From NCBI GenBank assembly GCA_944386655.1, contig CALXBX010000036.1, positions 1 through 56,926 of the forward strand: 56,926 nucleotides of DNA, read 5' to 3'. Under the pieces are notes generated by a model. It saw nothing but the letters and a program-made list of their open reading frames with translations. It was not told the origin of the DNA and made no database searches. Source of the stretch: an uncultured Clostridia bacterium. GTDB lineage: Bacteria > Bacillota > Clostridia > TANB77 > CAG-508. Made by a program: the position numbers and the translations under genes. Of the stretch, positions 41,137 through 51,203 are shown in pieces. How positions within the stretch are numbered: position 1 is the first letter of the stretch; every line of letters begins with the position of its first letter.

Positions 41137-41907
41137 ATGCTAATTGTTTTCAATAAATTTAAAATTTTTTCATATATTGTTTCTTTAACTACAGTTATTA
41201 TTTTATTTGCAATGGCTTTTATGATGACAGGTCCAGAAAAAACAATAGAAACATCTGCTTCTACCAAAGCGCTTCCCATTTATAATGTGGCAAGAGAAGA
41301 AAAAAAGGTTGCTTTTACCATGAATTGTGCTTGGGGAGCGGAAGATATAGATAGCATTTTAGATACACTTTCTAAATACAAAGTACAAATAACTTTTTTC
41401 ATTGTGGGGGATTTCGCAGAGAAATATCCAGAGGCAGTAAAGAAAATGGCAGACGCAGGACATGAAATTGGAAATCATTCCGATACACATCCACATGTAA
41501 ATACTTTAAGCCTAGAAAAAAATGTGGAAGAAATTCAGGAATGTAGTAAAAAAATAGAATCTATAACTGGAAAGAAGACAACTCTTTATAGAGGTCCTTA
41601 TGGAGAATATAACGATACAGTAATACAGGCGGCAAAATCGCAAGGACATACGGCTATTCAATGGAATATAGATACTTTAGATTATTCTGGTTTAACAGGA
41701 GAGCAAATGTGGAACAGAATAAAAGAAAAGTTAGCTCCAGGAAGTATTATCTTAAGTCATAATGGTACAAAACATACAGCAGATAGTTTAGATATGTTGT
41801 TGCACCAAATTATAGAAGAAAACGGCTATCAAGTAGTAACAGTGTCTAACTTGTTGTATAAAGAAAATTATATCATAGATAGTAATGGAACACAAAGGAA
41901 TGTATAA
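41137..41907 (+). CDS. polysaccharide deacetylase (PdaB-like)
   Basis: FTMNCAWG, EIGNHSDTH, YRGPYGEY, WNIDTLDY, IILSHN; GAGGAGG RBS. Confidence 0.9.
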   Translation: MLIVFNKFKIFSYIVSLTTVIILFAMAFMMTGPEKTIETSASTKALPIYNVAREEKKVAFTMNCAWGAEDIDSILDTLSKYKVQITFFIVGDFAEKYPEAVKKMADAGHEIGNHSDTHPHVNTLSLEKNVEEIQECSKKIESITGKKTTLYRGPYGEYNDTVIQAAKSQGHTAIQWNIDTLDYSGLTGEQMWNRIKEKLAPGSIILSHNGTKHTADSLDMLLHQIIEENGYQVVTVSNLLYKENYIIDSNGTQRNV

Positions 41908-41961
41908 AATGAAAAATTTGGGAAACAATAAAAGGGAAAGAAACAAAAAGGAGATAAAAAA

Positions 41962-42441
41962 ATGCCCTTTATTGGAATTATTTCAGAAGAAAATAATGAA
42001 AATAGAATTAGGAGATTTCTATTAGAAAAATTAGATTGGCAAGAGAGCTCCATTTTATGCATCAAAGAAAAAAGTATTGAGAATATAAAAAATATTCGAT
42101 TTGAAACTATTTTGCTTGCGAGACAATTTAAAAATGTGGAAGTACTAAAACAAATATTAAAACATACCACTTATTTAGTAAGCAATGTAGATTTTAAGCA
42201 AAATTGGGAAATTTTAAAGGATTTAGAATTGACAGTCATTACTTATGGATTTAATTCGAAAGCAACAATTACAGCTTCCTCCGTGGAAGAAGATCAGGTA
42301 ATGGTTTGCTTGCAAAGAACGATGAAAACAAGAGAAGGAAAACAAATGGAGCCACAAGAAATAGAAATGCCAAAGTTAGAGAATGTAAATGATACAATGG
42401 GAGTTACTGGAGTTTTATGGCTTTATGATAAAATAAAATGA
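41962..42441 (+). CDS. hypothetical protein
   Basis: AGGAG RBS; ITYGFNSKATITASS resembles a Mur-ligase-like segment. Confidence 0.65.
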   Translation: MPFIGIISEENNENRIRRFLLEKLDWQESSILCIKEKSIENIKNIRFETILLARQFKNVEVLKQILKHTTYLVSNVDFKQNWEILKDLELTVITYGFNSKATITASSVEEDQVMVCLQRTMKTREGKQMEPQEIEMPKLENVNDTMGVTGVLWLYDKIK

Positions 42442-42627
42442 AGAAAATAGAGCAAAATATGGGCAAAATAGGCAATTTTTATAAAAATTTTCAAAAAAAT
42501 TAACATTTTATGTAGACAAAACCAAAAAAAGGTAGTATAATAGTTTTGATACGAAAAAAGTATTCTAAAAAAGTTACAAGAGGAATAAAATACAAGTAGA
42601 TAAACAAAAGTAGGGGAGGAAATAAAA

Positions 42628-43326
42628 TTGAATACAAATTATTCAGAAAACAACCAATTAATCCTAGTTGGTAAAGTAACAAGTGAGAAGAAATTTAGTC
42701 ACGAAATTTATGGAGAGAAATTCTACATATTTGACTTAAAAGTACCTCGTTTAAGTGGAAATGCAGATATTATTCCAATTACTATTTCAGAAAGATTGTT
42801 ATTAGAACAAGATTTAGAGCCTGGCAAAAACATTATTATAGAAGGGCAATTTAGATCTTATAATAGCTATGAAAATGAGAAGAATAGATTGGTATTAACT
42901 GTATTTGCCAAAGAAATTAAATTTGCAGAAAATCAAGAAGAAGAATTTAAACCTAGCAAAGAAAATACTTCTAACGAAGTTGTATTAGATGGATTTATCT
43001 GTAAAAAACCAATTTACAGAAAAACACCATTTGGAAGAGAAATTTCTGATATTTTACTTGCTGTAAATAGAGCTTACAATAAATCAGACTATATTCCATG
43101 TATTGCATGGGGACGTAATGCTAGATTTTGTGAAAACATAGCAGTAGGAACAGAAGTAAGAATTGTGGGAAGAGTACAATCTAGACAATATGAAAAAAAA
43201 TATGAAGATGGAACATCTGAAATAAGAGTTGCTTATGAAGTATCTGTAGCAAGTCTAGAGGTTATTGAACAAGAAGGAGACGCAAAACAAAGCGAAGAAA
43301 TAGAGGAAAATAAAGAAGCTATCTAA
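42628..43326 (+). CDS. ssb: single-stranded DNA-binding protein, tandem OB-fold clostridial type
   Basis: FSHEIYGE, RLSG, GQFRSYN, RKTPFGREI, SDYIPCIAWGRNA, GRVQSRQY; TTG start. Confidence 0.9.
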   Translation: MNTNYSENNQLILVGKVTSEKKFSHEIYGEKFYIFDLKVPRLSGNADIIPITISERLLLEQDLEPGKNIIIEGQFRSYNSYENEKNRLVLTVFAKEIKFAENQEEEFKPSKENTSNEVVLDGFICKKPIYRKTPFGREISDILLAVNRAYNKSDYIPCIAWGRNARFCENIAVGTEVRIVGRVQSRQYEKKYEDGTSEIRVAYEVSVASLEVIEQEGDAKQSEEIEENKEAI

Positions 43327-43401
43327 ATAAAAACAGAATAAAAGAAAAGGGGCTATTAAAAAATAAAATAAAAAAATAAGAAACCACTTAAAAAGGGCTT
43401 C

Positions 43402-43560
43402 TTATTTTTTTTCTTTTGGAATGACAATATTCTTTTTTTCTTTTTCCTCCTTAGGCTTTTCTATATCAATATGTTGGTAAACAGGAGAAATATCTAAATC
43501 TTCTAAATCTTTTTTGTCACCTGGGACAATCTCAATTTTTTTAGGTTCTTTTTCATCCAT
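43402..43560 (-). CDS. 52-aa small charged protein, not in the ORF track
   Basis: AGGATGGTG RBS; MDEKEPKKIEIVPGDKKDLEDLDISPVYQHIDIEKPKEEKEKKNIVIPKEKK. Confidence 0.6.
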   Translation of the reverse strand: MDEKEPKKIEIVPGDKKDLEDLDISPVYQHIDIEKPKEEKEKKNIVIPKEKK

Positions 43561-43630
43561 ATTTTCACCATCCTAATTCAAATTCTAAACTTATCCTATC
43601 ATAGAATAGAATAAAGTGCAAGAAAAATGC

Positions 43631-46243
43631 TTAAGTAATGTTAGTTTTTATAATAGTAGCAATATCTTCTTTATACAGTTTTTTATTAGCATATAAAATA
43701 CTAATAAAAATAACAGCATATATTAAAATAATAGAAATGAAAATACTAATAAGGTCTATTGAAAAACGGTATACTTGTGTATTAATCATCGTATGATATA
43801 AAAAGTAAAGAATACCAATACTAATTAAAATACCAATTATTAAAGAAATAGTACCGTAAAAAAGTCCTTCCAAAAATAATATTTTATTCATCTGCCTATT
43901 AGACATGCCAATCGCTTTTAATTCAGCAAATTCGGTTTTTCTCATACTTAAACTAGAAAAAACAATATTCAATACAGTTATAATTGTTAAGACAAATATA
44001 AATACGAGAAAACTATACAATAAAATTTCTTTTATTAAGATTTCGTTTTTTTCTATTTGTTGTGAAGCAGATAGATTAGAACTTTCTATAACAATAGGAG
44101 CATTTTCATATTTCGCTTTTAAAGAATACACTAATTCGTCTAATTCATTAGGTTTAGAAGTTTGAATATAAAAATTAGTAAAATCGCTAAATTCTGCACC
44201 GACCGTTTCCAAAAATAATTGCGAGAAGGTATCTTTATTTACAATTAAATAAATGTCTGTTAAAGTAAAAGAAGGAAGACATGTTGGAACTCTACCTGTG
44301 ATTGCTTTTATAGATAAACTTATTTGTTTGTTTTCTATTTGACGATTAGAATCGCCCACAAGAGAAGAGAGATTATCTAGCACTTCTTGATTTTTCTCAT
44401 CGTTTATATCTTGTGTATTTAATATAAGATTTTCACCTATTTGATAATTTGTTAAACAAACACTATCGTAATATTTATTTTGTGCATTAGAATAATTAAT
44501 AAGAATACATTCGTTGTTAGACAAAGATAAAGAACTATCTATTTGCGATAAATAATCTTGATAAGTGGCATCATCTAAAGTAGTTACTAAACAAGAAAGT
44601 TGACTTGTATGTTCATTTACTTTATTGAAAGAATTGTTTAACAAATTCATTTTGCTATCCACAAATTTAAGCATATCATTTAGTTTGCTGTTATCTAGTA
44701 CTAAATATAAAGGGTTTAAATTAGCATAAGAATGTATTTCTTCTATGAAACCAGAGTTTTGTAGAACCTTTTTTATTTCTATTAATTCTTCCTGAGCTTT
44801 ATGTTCGGGAGAATAATCTGCTAAGTTTAAAGTATAATTATAATTGTGTTGTTCGTATTGATTATAATTGCTTAAATTATAAATATAACCATAAATACTA
44901 ATAAAAAGTATAATACTAATGGTTAAAGACATTACCATTGTTATATAATGAGATTTTTTTCTTTTCATATTTTTGTATGCTAAAATACCTTCTATTTTAA
45001 AGAGTTTTGAAAGCCATTTAGGAACTTGTGTAAAATGTTTTGTTACTTTATAATATGTATTTTCACGTAGGGTATTTAAAATACTTACTTTACTAATTTG
45101 TATTATAGGAAATAAGACAGAGAAGAATACAATGATAACAATTAGTAAAATAGAAAAGATAATGCTATACCAAGAAAATACCATTTGTAAAGAAATACTA
45201 TTTTGTATTAAGGTAGTTGAAATATTGCTTTGAATAAGAGTGAATAAGTTGTCAAAAACATGAAGTAGTAATGACACTAATCCAAAACTCAATAAAATTC
45301 CAACAGGAATAGCAATACATGTTAAAATAATAATTTCAAAAAAGTAAATCATAGCAATTTGTTTTTTAGTAGCTCCCACAGAAGAAAGTTTAGCGATATA
45401 TCTTTTTCTTTCTTGTGTAAAAATATGAAAAATAGTATAAATAAGAGAAATGGAAGCTACACTTACAATTCCAATGAATACAGAAACAGTAAGGATTAGA
45501 TTGGTTTGGAAAGTGGAATCAGATTTTGCAATACCTGCATAAGAAAGTAGTTCTGTATTATAAAGAATTTGAGGAGTAGAGTTTAAGGAATTTAGTTGGC
45601 TTTGTATATCATTTGTACAATCGTAAATTTGAGAAATATCTTGGCATACAATAGAAGCAGTTAGGTAAGAATTGGGTGTAAGGGAATCTTTATTTAAATA
45701 AGTAATTGCTCCATTTGTTTTTACGAAAGTTTTTGTATTAAATTCGTCAAAATCTGTACTCTCTAAAATTCCTGTCACATGAAAGACATATTCCTTTTCA
45801 TCCAATAAAATGGAAATAGAGTCATCTATTTGTAAAAGAGTACTTTCGTTTACCAATATTTCATTAGAAGATTGAGGAAGATTACCTTCTTTTAATAAAA
45901 TAGGCATATTTTTCATTGTATTGGAATCATAAGCCTTTATGTGTAGTAGTTCCTGTGAATTATCGTTATAAGAGAAAATACCTAAATCTTCTATAAGAGA
46001 AATTTCTTTAATACGCTCATCAGATTCAAGAACAGTTAATTTGTCATAAGGAATTTGGATAAATTGTGCTTCCCAATTTCCTTTATTTCTACATAGGTTT
46101 ACTACATAATCTTGGTAACTAAGAGCAAGAGTAGTAATAGAATTGATTAAAATAGAAACAAGAATAATGCTAAGCAAAATAGAAAATACCATTTTTTTAT
46201 TACTCTTTAATTCTTTAGTAGCTAGTTTCAATAAATTATTCAT
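43631..46243 (-). CDS. FtsX/MacB-like ABC transporter permease
   Basis: Two FtsX-like segments (LSSVGATKKQI, LKAIGMSNRQM) with multiple TM helices; overlaps the ATPase gene. Confidence 0.9.
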   Translation of the reverse strand: MNNLLKLATKELKSNKKMVFSILLSIILVSILINSITTLALSYQDYVVNLCRNKGNWEAQFIQIPYDKLTVLESDERIKEISLIEDLGIFSYNDNSQELLHIKAYDSNTMKNMPILLKEGNLPQSSNEILVNESTLLQIDDSISILLDEKEYVFHVTGILESTDFDEFNTKTFVKTNGAITYLNKDSLTPNSYLTASIVCQDISQIYDCTNDIQSQLNSLNSTPQILYNTELLSYAGIAKSDSTFQTNLILTVSVFIGIVSVASISLIYTIFHIFTQERKRYIAKLSSVGATKKQIAMIYFFEIIILTCIAIPVGILLSFGLVSLLLHVFDNLFTLIQSNISTTLIQNSISLQMVFSWYSIIFSILLIVIIVFFSVLFPIIQISKVSILNTLRENTYYKVTKHFTQVPKWLSKLFKIEGILAYKNMKRKKSHYITMVMSLTISIILFISIYGYIYNLSNYNQYEQHNYNYTLNLADYSPEHKAQEELIEIKKVLQNSGFIEEIHSYANLNPLYLVLDNSKLNDMLKFVDSKMNLLNNSFNKVNEHTSQLSCLVTTLDDATYQDYLSQIDSSLSLSNNECILINYSNAQNKYYDSVCLTNYQIGENLILNTQDINDEKNQEVLDNLSSLVGDSNRQIENKQISLSIKAITGRVPTCLPSFTLTDIYLIVNKDTFSQLFLETVGAEFSDFTNFYIQTSKPNELDELVYSLKAKYENAPIVIESSNLSASQQIEKNEILIKEILLYSFLVFIFVLTIITVLNIVFSSLSMRKTEFAELKAIGMSNRQMNKILFLEGLFYGTISLIIGILISIGILYFLYHTMINTQVYRFSIDLISIFISIILIYAVIFISILYANKKLYKEDIATIIKTNIT

Positions 46244-46922
46244 GGATTTGCACCTCATCTTTTATTATTTTTCCGTCTTGTAGTGTAAGAATTCTATTTG
46301 TTTGTTTAGCAATTTTTATATCATGCGTCACTAAAAGAATTGTCTGCTGAAACTTGGTATTGTATTCTTTTAATAGAGTTATAATTTCATTAGAATTTAA
46401 AGTATCCAAATTGCCAGTTGGTTCATCCGCAAGAACGATACTAGGATTAGCCATTAAACATCTTCCAATGGCAACTCTTTGTTGTTGACCACCAGATAGT
46501 TGATTAGGTAAAGAATTTTCCTTATCTTGTAGACCTAAAAGAGAAATAAGATTTTTTAATCTTGCATCATCTGGATTTTTATAATCTAATAAAATAGGTA
46601 GTAATATATTTTCTTTTACATTTAGAATTGGTATTAAATTATAAAATTGAAAAATAAGTTGTGCAGTTCTTCTTCGATAAATAGCAAGTTGAGAGTCTGT
46701 TAAAGTGCCAATATCTTTGTTATTTACGAAAATAGTGCCAGAAGAAGGTTTTTCAATTCCGCCTAAAATATGTAATAAAGTGGATTTACCAGAACCGCTT
46801 GCTCCAATAATAGACAAAAATTCTCCTTTTTCTACTGAAAAGGAGATATCATCTAATGCTTTTACTGAATTTTCGTTGTTTCCATAAATTTTAGTTAAAT
46901 TTTTTACTTCTAATATTTTCAT
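46236..46922 (-). CDS. ABC transporter ATP-binding protein (LolD/MacB-like)
   Basis: GASGSGKST, LSGGQQQRVAI, LADEPTGNLD, VTHD. Confidence 0.95.
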   Translation of the reverse strand: MKILEVKNLTKIYGNNENSVKALDDISFSVEKGEFLSIIGASGSGKSTLLHILGGIEKPSSGTIFVNNKDIGTLTDSQLAIYRRRTAQLIFQFYNLIPILNVKENILLPILLDYKNPDDARLKNLISLLGLQDKENSLPNQLSGGQQQRVAIGRCLMANPSIVLADEPTGNLDTLNSNEIITLLKEYNTKFQQTILLVTHDIKIAKQTNRILTLQDGKIIKDEVQIHE

Positions 46923-47092
46923 ATAAAAAATCCCCTCTTTCTTTTTTTATGTACAGTGTAACATAGTAGTTATTTGTTTGCAATAAAAAATATAAATAAA
47001 AGTGCGTATAAAACATCTATACTATACGCACTCCAAGGTTAAAAAATGTACTATTATAATGAGATGTTTATAAAGCTACAAAGTCAATTGCC

Positions 47093-47593
47093 TCATGCTG
47101 TGTAAAATTGAATTCCTACAACATAATTTCCGGATACATTAGACTGTGGAGATAAACTAAAATTATAGGTTCCATCTGCTAAATTGCCAATAACAAAAGT
47201 ATTTTCATTAACAATAGGATAGACGGTTCGAATTGGTGTATCTCCAGATTTGATGGTCAATGCAAATGTTGCATTAGGATTGGCAGAAGAATCATAAGTT
47301 CTGATAACTATAGCAACTTTTACCAATGAACCACTTAAATTTGCAGGAACAGTAAAACTGCTGCTAAGTGAGCCAGTAGTTACAGTAGCAATTGCTCCAC
47401 CAAGATTGGCGCGAGTAATTGCATCTCCCTGAGGAAGAGCTGTGCCATTGTCGGCCTCTACCATAGTTTCCACTGCATTGCTGACTTCAGTATATATATT
47501 ATCTTCAGCAGCAAAACATACAGTACTGGAAAAAATAGCTGTGGACACTATAGTAACGAAGGTAATGAACCGCCTTAAAAGTTTATTATTCAT
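47093..47593 (-). CDS. secreted hypothetical protein upstream of the ABC exporter
   Basis: AAGGTGG RBS; Sec signal peptide ending VCFA; beta-rich mature part. Confidence 0.75.
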   Translation of the reverse strand: MNNKLLRRFITFVTIVSTAIFSSTVCFAAEDNIYTEVSNAVETMVEADNGTALPQGDAITRANLGGAIATVTTGSLSSSFTVPANLSGSLVKVAIVIRTYDSSANPNATFALTIKSGDTPIRTVYPIVNENTFVIGNLADGTYNFSLSPQSNVSGNYVVGIQFYTA

Positions 47594-47884
47594 ATAACCA
47601 CCTTTCTGTACATTTTTTAACCTCTATTACTATTGAATGATAGAAGTACTTTATCATTCAAAGTAACTCATATTTAGTAAAACTAAACTAGTATATTAGG
47701 ATAATACCAAAAAAAGGGAAAAAAGTCAATAAAAAATTCCAATTTTTTACACAAATATACAAAAAATGTAATTTTATTTCAAAAGATTTAAAGAAAATGA
47801 ATAAATCCTAAAGAATAAATTGAAAAATGAGGAAACTAATGGTATAATAACAAACATAGAGTAAAATAGGAGAGGACTAGTAAA

Positions 47885-48523
47885 ATGGAGATAGAAAAGG
47901 CAAAAGGAATTATAGAAGCAATTTTATTTGCTTGTGGAAGAGAAGTGAATATAAAAGAACTTATGTCTGCATTAGAATTAGGAAGCGAAGATGTCATTAC
48001 TATTTTAGAGAGTATGAAAGAAGAGTATAAAAAGGACAATAGGGGTTTAGAACTTATTCGTATAGCAGATAATTATCAATTAGTAACCAAAAAAGAATAT
48101 GAAGAATATATCTATCCTATTGTAGATAAAAGAAGTAAACCAAATTTATCTACAGCAGCATTAGAGACGCTTGCGATTATTGCCTATAATCCTAAAATTA
48201 CTAGGTCAGAAATAGAGGCCATTCGTGGAGTAGGTTCAGATGGAACTATCTATAAGTTGCTAGAATATAACTTAATAGAAAGTGTAGGAAAATTAGATGC
48301 TCCAGGAAAACCAACCATGTATAGTGTAACATCGGAATTTATGCGTATGTTTGGTATAGAGAGTTTAGAAGAACTTCCAGAACTTCCTAGGTATAAATTA
48401 GATGAAAATCAACAAATTGTTATAGACGATTTAATACAAGAACAGAAAAACGAAACACAAGAAGATAATCTTGCGGAGGCTCCATCACCCGAAAGGGAGG
48501 GAGAAGGAGAAATAGAAAAATAA
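47885..48523 (+). CDS. scpB: SMC-Scp complex subunit ScpB
   Basis: IEAILFA, LSTAALETLAIIAY, IEAIRGV, FGIESLEELP. Confidence 0.93.
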   Translation: MEIEKAKGIIEAILFACGREVNIKELMSALELGSEDVITILESMKEEYKKDNRGLELIRIADNYQLVTKKEYEEYIYPIVDKRSKPNLSTAALETLAIIAYNPKITRSEIEAIRGVGSDGTIYKLLEYNLIESVGKLDAPGKPTMYSVTSEFMRMFGIESLEELPELPRYKLDENQQIVIDDLIQEQKNETQEDNLAEAPSPEREGEGEIEK

Positions 48524-48550
48524 ATTGTGTGATAGAGAGGAAGAAAAAAT

Positions 48551-50251
48551 ATGAGATTAAGTGAAAGTTTTTTTTATACGTTAAGAGAAGATGCCAAAGA
48601 TGAAGAGTCTGCAAGTGGAAATCTACTTGTAAAGAGTGGAATGTTTAAAAAAATAGGAAATGGTATTTATATGAAAATGCCATTAGGGCAAAAAGTAGTA
48701 GATAATGTAAAAAATATAGTAAGAAAACACATGAATGAGGCTGGCGCACAAGAAGTAACAATGCCACTGCTTCTTCCAATAGAAGCATTTGAAAAATCAG
48801 GGAGATATAGTGCTTTTGGACCATCTATTTTTCAGTTAAGAGATAGATATAATAGACCATATGTATTAGGACCAACACATGAAGAATTTTTTGTACTAGC
48901 AGCTATGATGAAGGCAAAGTCCTATAAAGATTTTCCATATACGTTATATCAAATTGGAAATAAGTATAGAGATGAAATAAGACCTAGATTAGGACTCATT
49001 AGAACAAGAGAATTTACCATGAAAGATGCCTATAGTTTTGATGTAGATCAAGAAGCATCCGATATTTCTTATCAAAAACAATATGAAGCTTATCATAAAA
49101 TTTGCAAAGAAGTAGGCTTGAATTATGTGGTAGTAAGAGCAGATACTGGTGTAATGGGAGGATTGCTATCAGAAGAATTTCAAGCGATAACAGATGTAGG
49201 AGAAGACATTTTAGTGCTATGTGACCAATGCGATTATGCTTCTAACATAGAAGTAAGCAAGTGTGAAGAGATAGAGCAAACAGAAAAAGAAGAGAAAAAG
49301 CAAATAGAAAAAGTACACACACCATCTGCAGGAACTATAGAACAAGTAAGCAAGTTTTTACAAGAAAAGCCAGAAAAATTTGTAAAAACGTTAATTTATA
49401 AAGCGGACGACAAATTTTATGCTTGCTTAGTACCAGGAGATAGAGAAATTAACGAAGTGAAACTAACCAAATTATTAGGGGCAAGCCAAGAAGTAACTTT
49501 AGCAGAAGAAGCCGATGTAGAAAGAATTACAAAGGCAAAAGTAGGATTTGCTGGACCAGTTGGCATTTCTATACCAGTAATTATGGATAAAAGTGTAGCA
49601 CAAATGCAAAACTTTATTGTGGGAGCAAACGAAACAGATTATCACTATAAAAATGTGAATGTAGAAGATTTTAAAGTAGAGCTAGTAGCAGATATTAAAA
49701 ATATACGAGAAGGAGATATATGCCCACACTGTCACAAAGGATATGTCTATTTCAAAAAAGGAATAGAAGTAGGAAATACCTTCAAATTAGGAACAAAATA
49801 CTCTGATAGTTTAGGGCTAAATTATTCAGACGAAAATAATGCATTAAAACCAGTTGTTATGGGATGTTATGGAATAGGAATAGAAAGAATTATTGCAGCA
49901 GTAGTAGAACAAAATCATGATGAGAAAGGAATTATATGGCCAATGAATATAGCGCCATATAAAGTAGCCATTGTACTAATTAACCCTAAAGACGAAAAAC
50001 AAAAAGAGGTAGCAGAACAGTTATATAAACAATTAAACGATTTAGGAATAGACACACTACTAGACGATAGAAACGAAAGACCTGGTGTAAAGTTTAATGA
50101 TATGGACTTAATAGGAATACCAGTTAGAATTACAGTAGGAAAGAAAGTAGAACAAAATCAAGTAGAAATCAAAAAGAGAACAGAAGAACAATCGAAAGAT
50201 GTAGATATATCAGAAATTGCAATTTTGATGAACTTTGGGGACGTTCCTTAA
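48551..50251 (+). CDS. proS: proline--tRNA ligase
   Basis: LGPTHEE, KYRDEIRPR, REFTMKDAYSF, insertion editing domain, MGCYGIGIER. Confidence 0.96.
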   Translation: MRLSESFFYTLREDAKDEESASGNLLVKSGMFKKIGNGIYMKMPLGQKVVDNVKNIVRKHMNEAGAQEVTMPLLLPIEAFEKSGRYSAFGPSIFQLRDRYNRPYVLGPTHEEFFVLAAMMKAKSYKDFPYTLYQIGNKYRDEIRPRLGLIRTREFTMKDAYSFDVDQEASDISYQKQYEAYHKICKEVGLNYVVVRADTGVMGGLLSEEFQAITDVGEDILVLCDQCDYASNIEVSKCEEIEQTEKEEKKQIEKVHTPSAGTIEQVSKFLQEKPEKFVKTLIYKADDKFYACLVPGDREINEVKLTKLLGASQEVTLAEEADVERITKAKVGFAGPVGISIPVIMDKSVAQMQNFIVGANETDYHYKNVNVEDFKVELVADIKNIREGDICPHCHKGYVYFKKGIEVGNTFKLGTKYSDSLGLNYSDENNALKPVVMGCYGIGIERIIAAVVEQNHDEKGIIWPMNIAPYKVAIVLINPKDEKQKEVAEQLYKQLNDLGIDTLLDDRNERPGVKFNDMDLIGIPVRITVGKKVEQNQVEIKKRTEEQSKDVDISEIAILMNFGDVP

Positions 50252-50259
50252 AGTTCATC
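50227..50259. repeat. family A palindrome copy 6, supplying the proS stop codon
   Basis: GATGAACTTTGGGGACGTTCCTTAAAGTTCATC. Confidence 0.85.
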
Positions 50260-50390
50260 GAAGTTCATCGAACGAAAAGAAGAGTTAAATTTTTAAGAGG
50301 ATACTTTTTCAGCAGCCTCAATTTTTAACTCTTCTTTTTTTGATAGTAAAACTATCTTTTTCAATTCATTAAAAGAAAAATGTTCTGAAT

Positions 50391-50419
50391 TGAACTTTAA
50401 GGAACGTCCCCAAAGTTCA
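50391..50419. repeat. family A palindrome copy 7, inverted relative to copy 6
   Basis: TGAACTTTAAGGAACGTCCCCAAAGTTCA. Confidence 0.85.
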
Positions 50420-50442
50420 TCTTCAAAGTTCAAATTGCAAAA

Positions 50443-50982
50443 TTAAATTTTTTTATGTGTTAGAATGCTCAAAATTTCTGGGTACATTTCTTCTGCATGT
50501 TTTTTCCAGTTGTCTACAATTTCTTTTGCTTGTTCTCCAGAACCTGCAAAAGTTTTTACTTCAAAAATAACATCATTATGATCAATTATTTTGCAAGTTA
50601 CCATGTAATCATTTTCACTACGTGGAATATATTCTGCAATAACAGAATGTTCATTTTCAAAAGTTTCTAGTTCATTTTTAAAATTACTATCTACTCTTAA
50701 CTTAATAATACCAGGTAAAATGTCTTGGGTTAATTCCAAAGTCTCTTTACCAAACTGTGTGATCTCATAAAAACTATGGTCGTCTTTATAATAATTCATA
50801 ATATAGCCGTTTTCTAATAAATCCAATAAAAATTGCTGAAAATAAAAATAATTCATATCTGTTACAGCAAGTACTAAATTAAGTAAAGAATCATTAGAGA
50901 TAGGCTTTCCTACCTTATTTAATAGATATAAAATAAGGACTTTGTTTTCTGCTAGTGTTTCATTATCTGAAGTTAATTTCAA
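50443..50982 (-). CDS. DUF4364-like winged-helix protein
   Basis: ENKVLILYLL, MNYFYFQQFL, YEITQFGKETL; TTG start after GGGAGTG. Confidence 0.8.
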   Translation of the reverse strand: MKLTSDNETLAENKVLILYLLNKVGKPISNDSLLNLVLAVTDMNYFYFQQFLLDLLENGYIMNYYKDDHSFYEITQFGKETLELTQDILPGIIKLRVDSNFKNELETFENEHSVIAEYIPRSENDYMVTCKIIDHNDVIFEVKTFAGSGEQAKEIVDNWKKHAEEMYPEILSILTHKKI

Positions 50983-51062
50983 TGTTATCACTCCCATTTT
51001 TATCATGCTGAAAGCATTATACCACACTTTTCGAGAAAATACTACCTATTTCGAGATTTTAT

Positions 51063-51131
51063 TTAAGGTGTCCCACTTAAGTCAGGGTTAAATGAGACAT
51101 TTACGCAAAAATGTCAGGGATAAATGAGACA
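51063..51131. repeat. family B intergenic repeat, copy 2
   Basis: Two direct units GTCAGGGTTAAATGAGACA and GTCAGGGATAAATGAGACA. Confidence 0.7.
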
Positions 51132-51203
51132 AAAGGTAGCATATTTTTTTTGCTTATGATATAATCTAAATGAAAATGATTGGAATATGAGGAAAGAAGT
51201 AGA

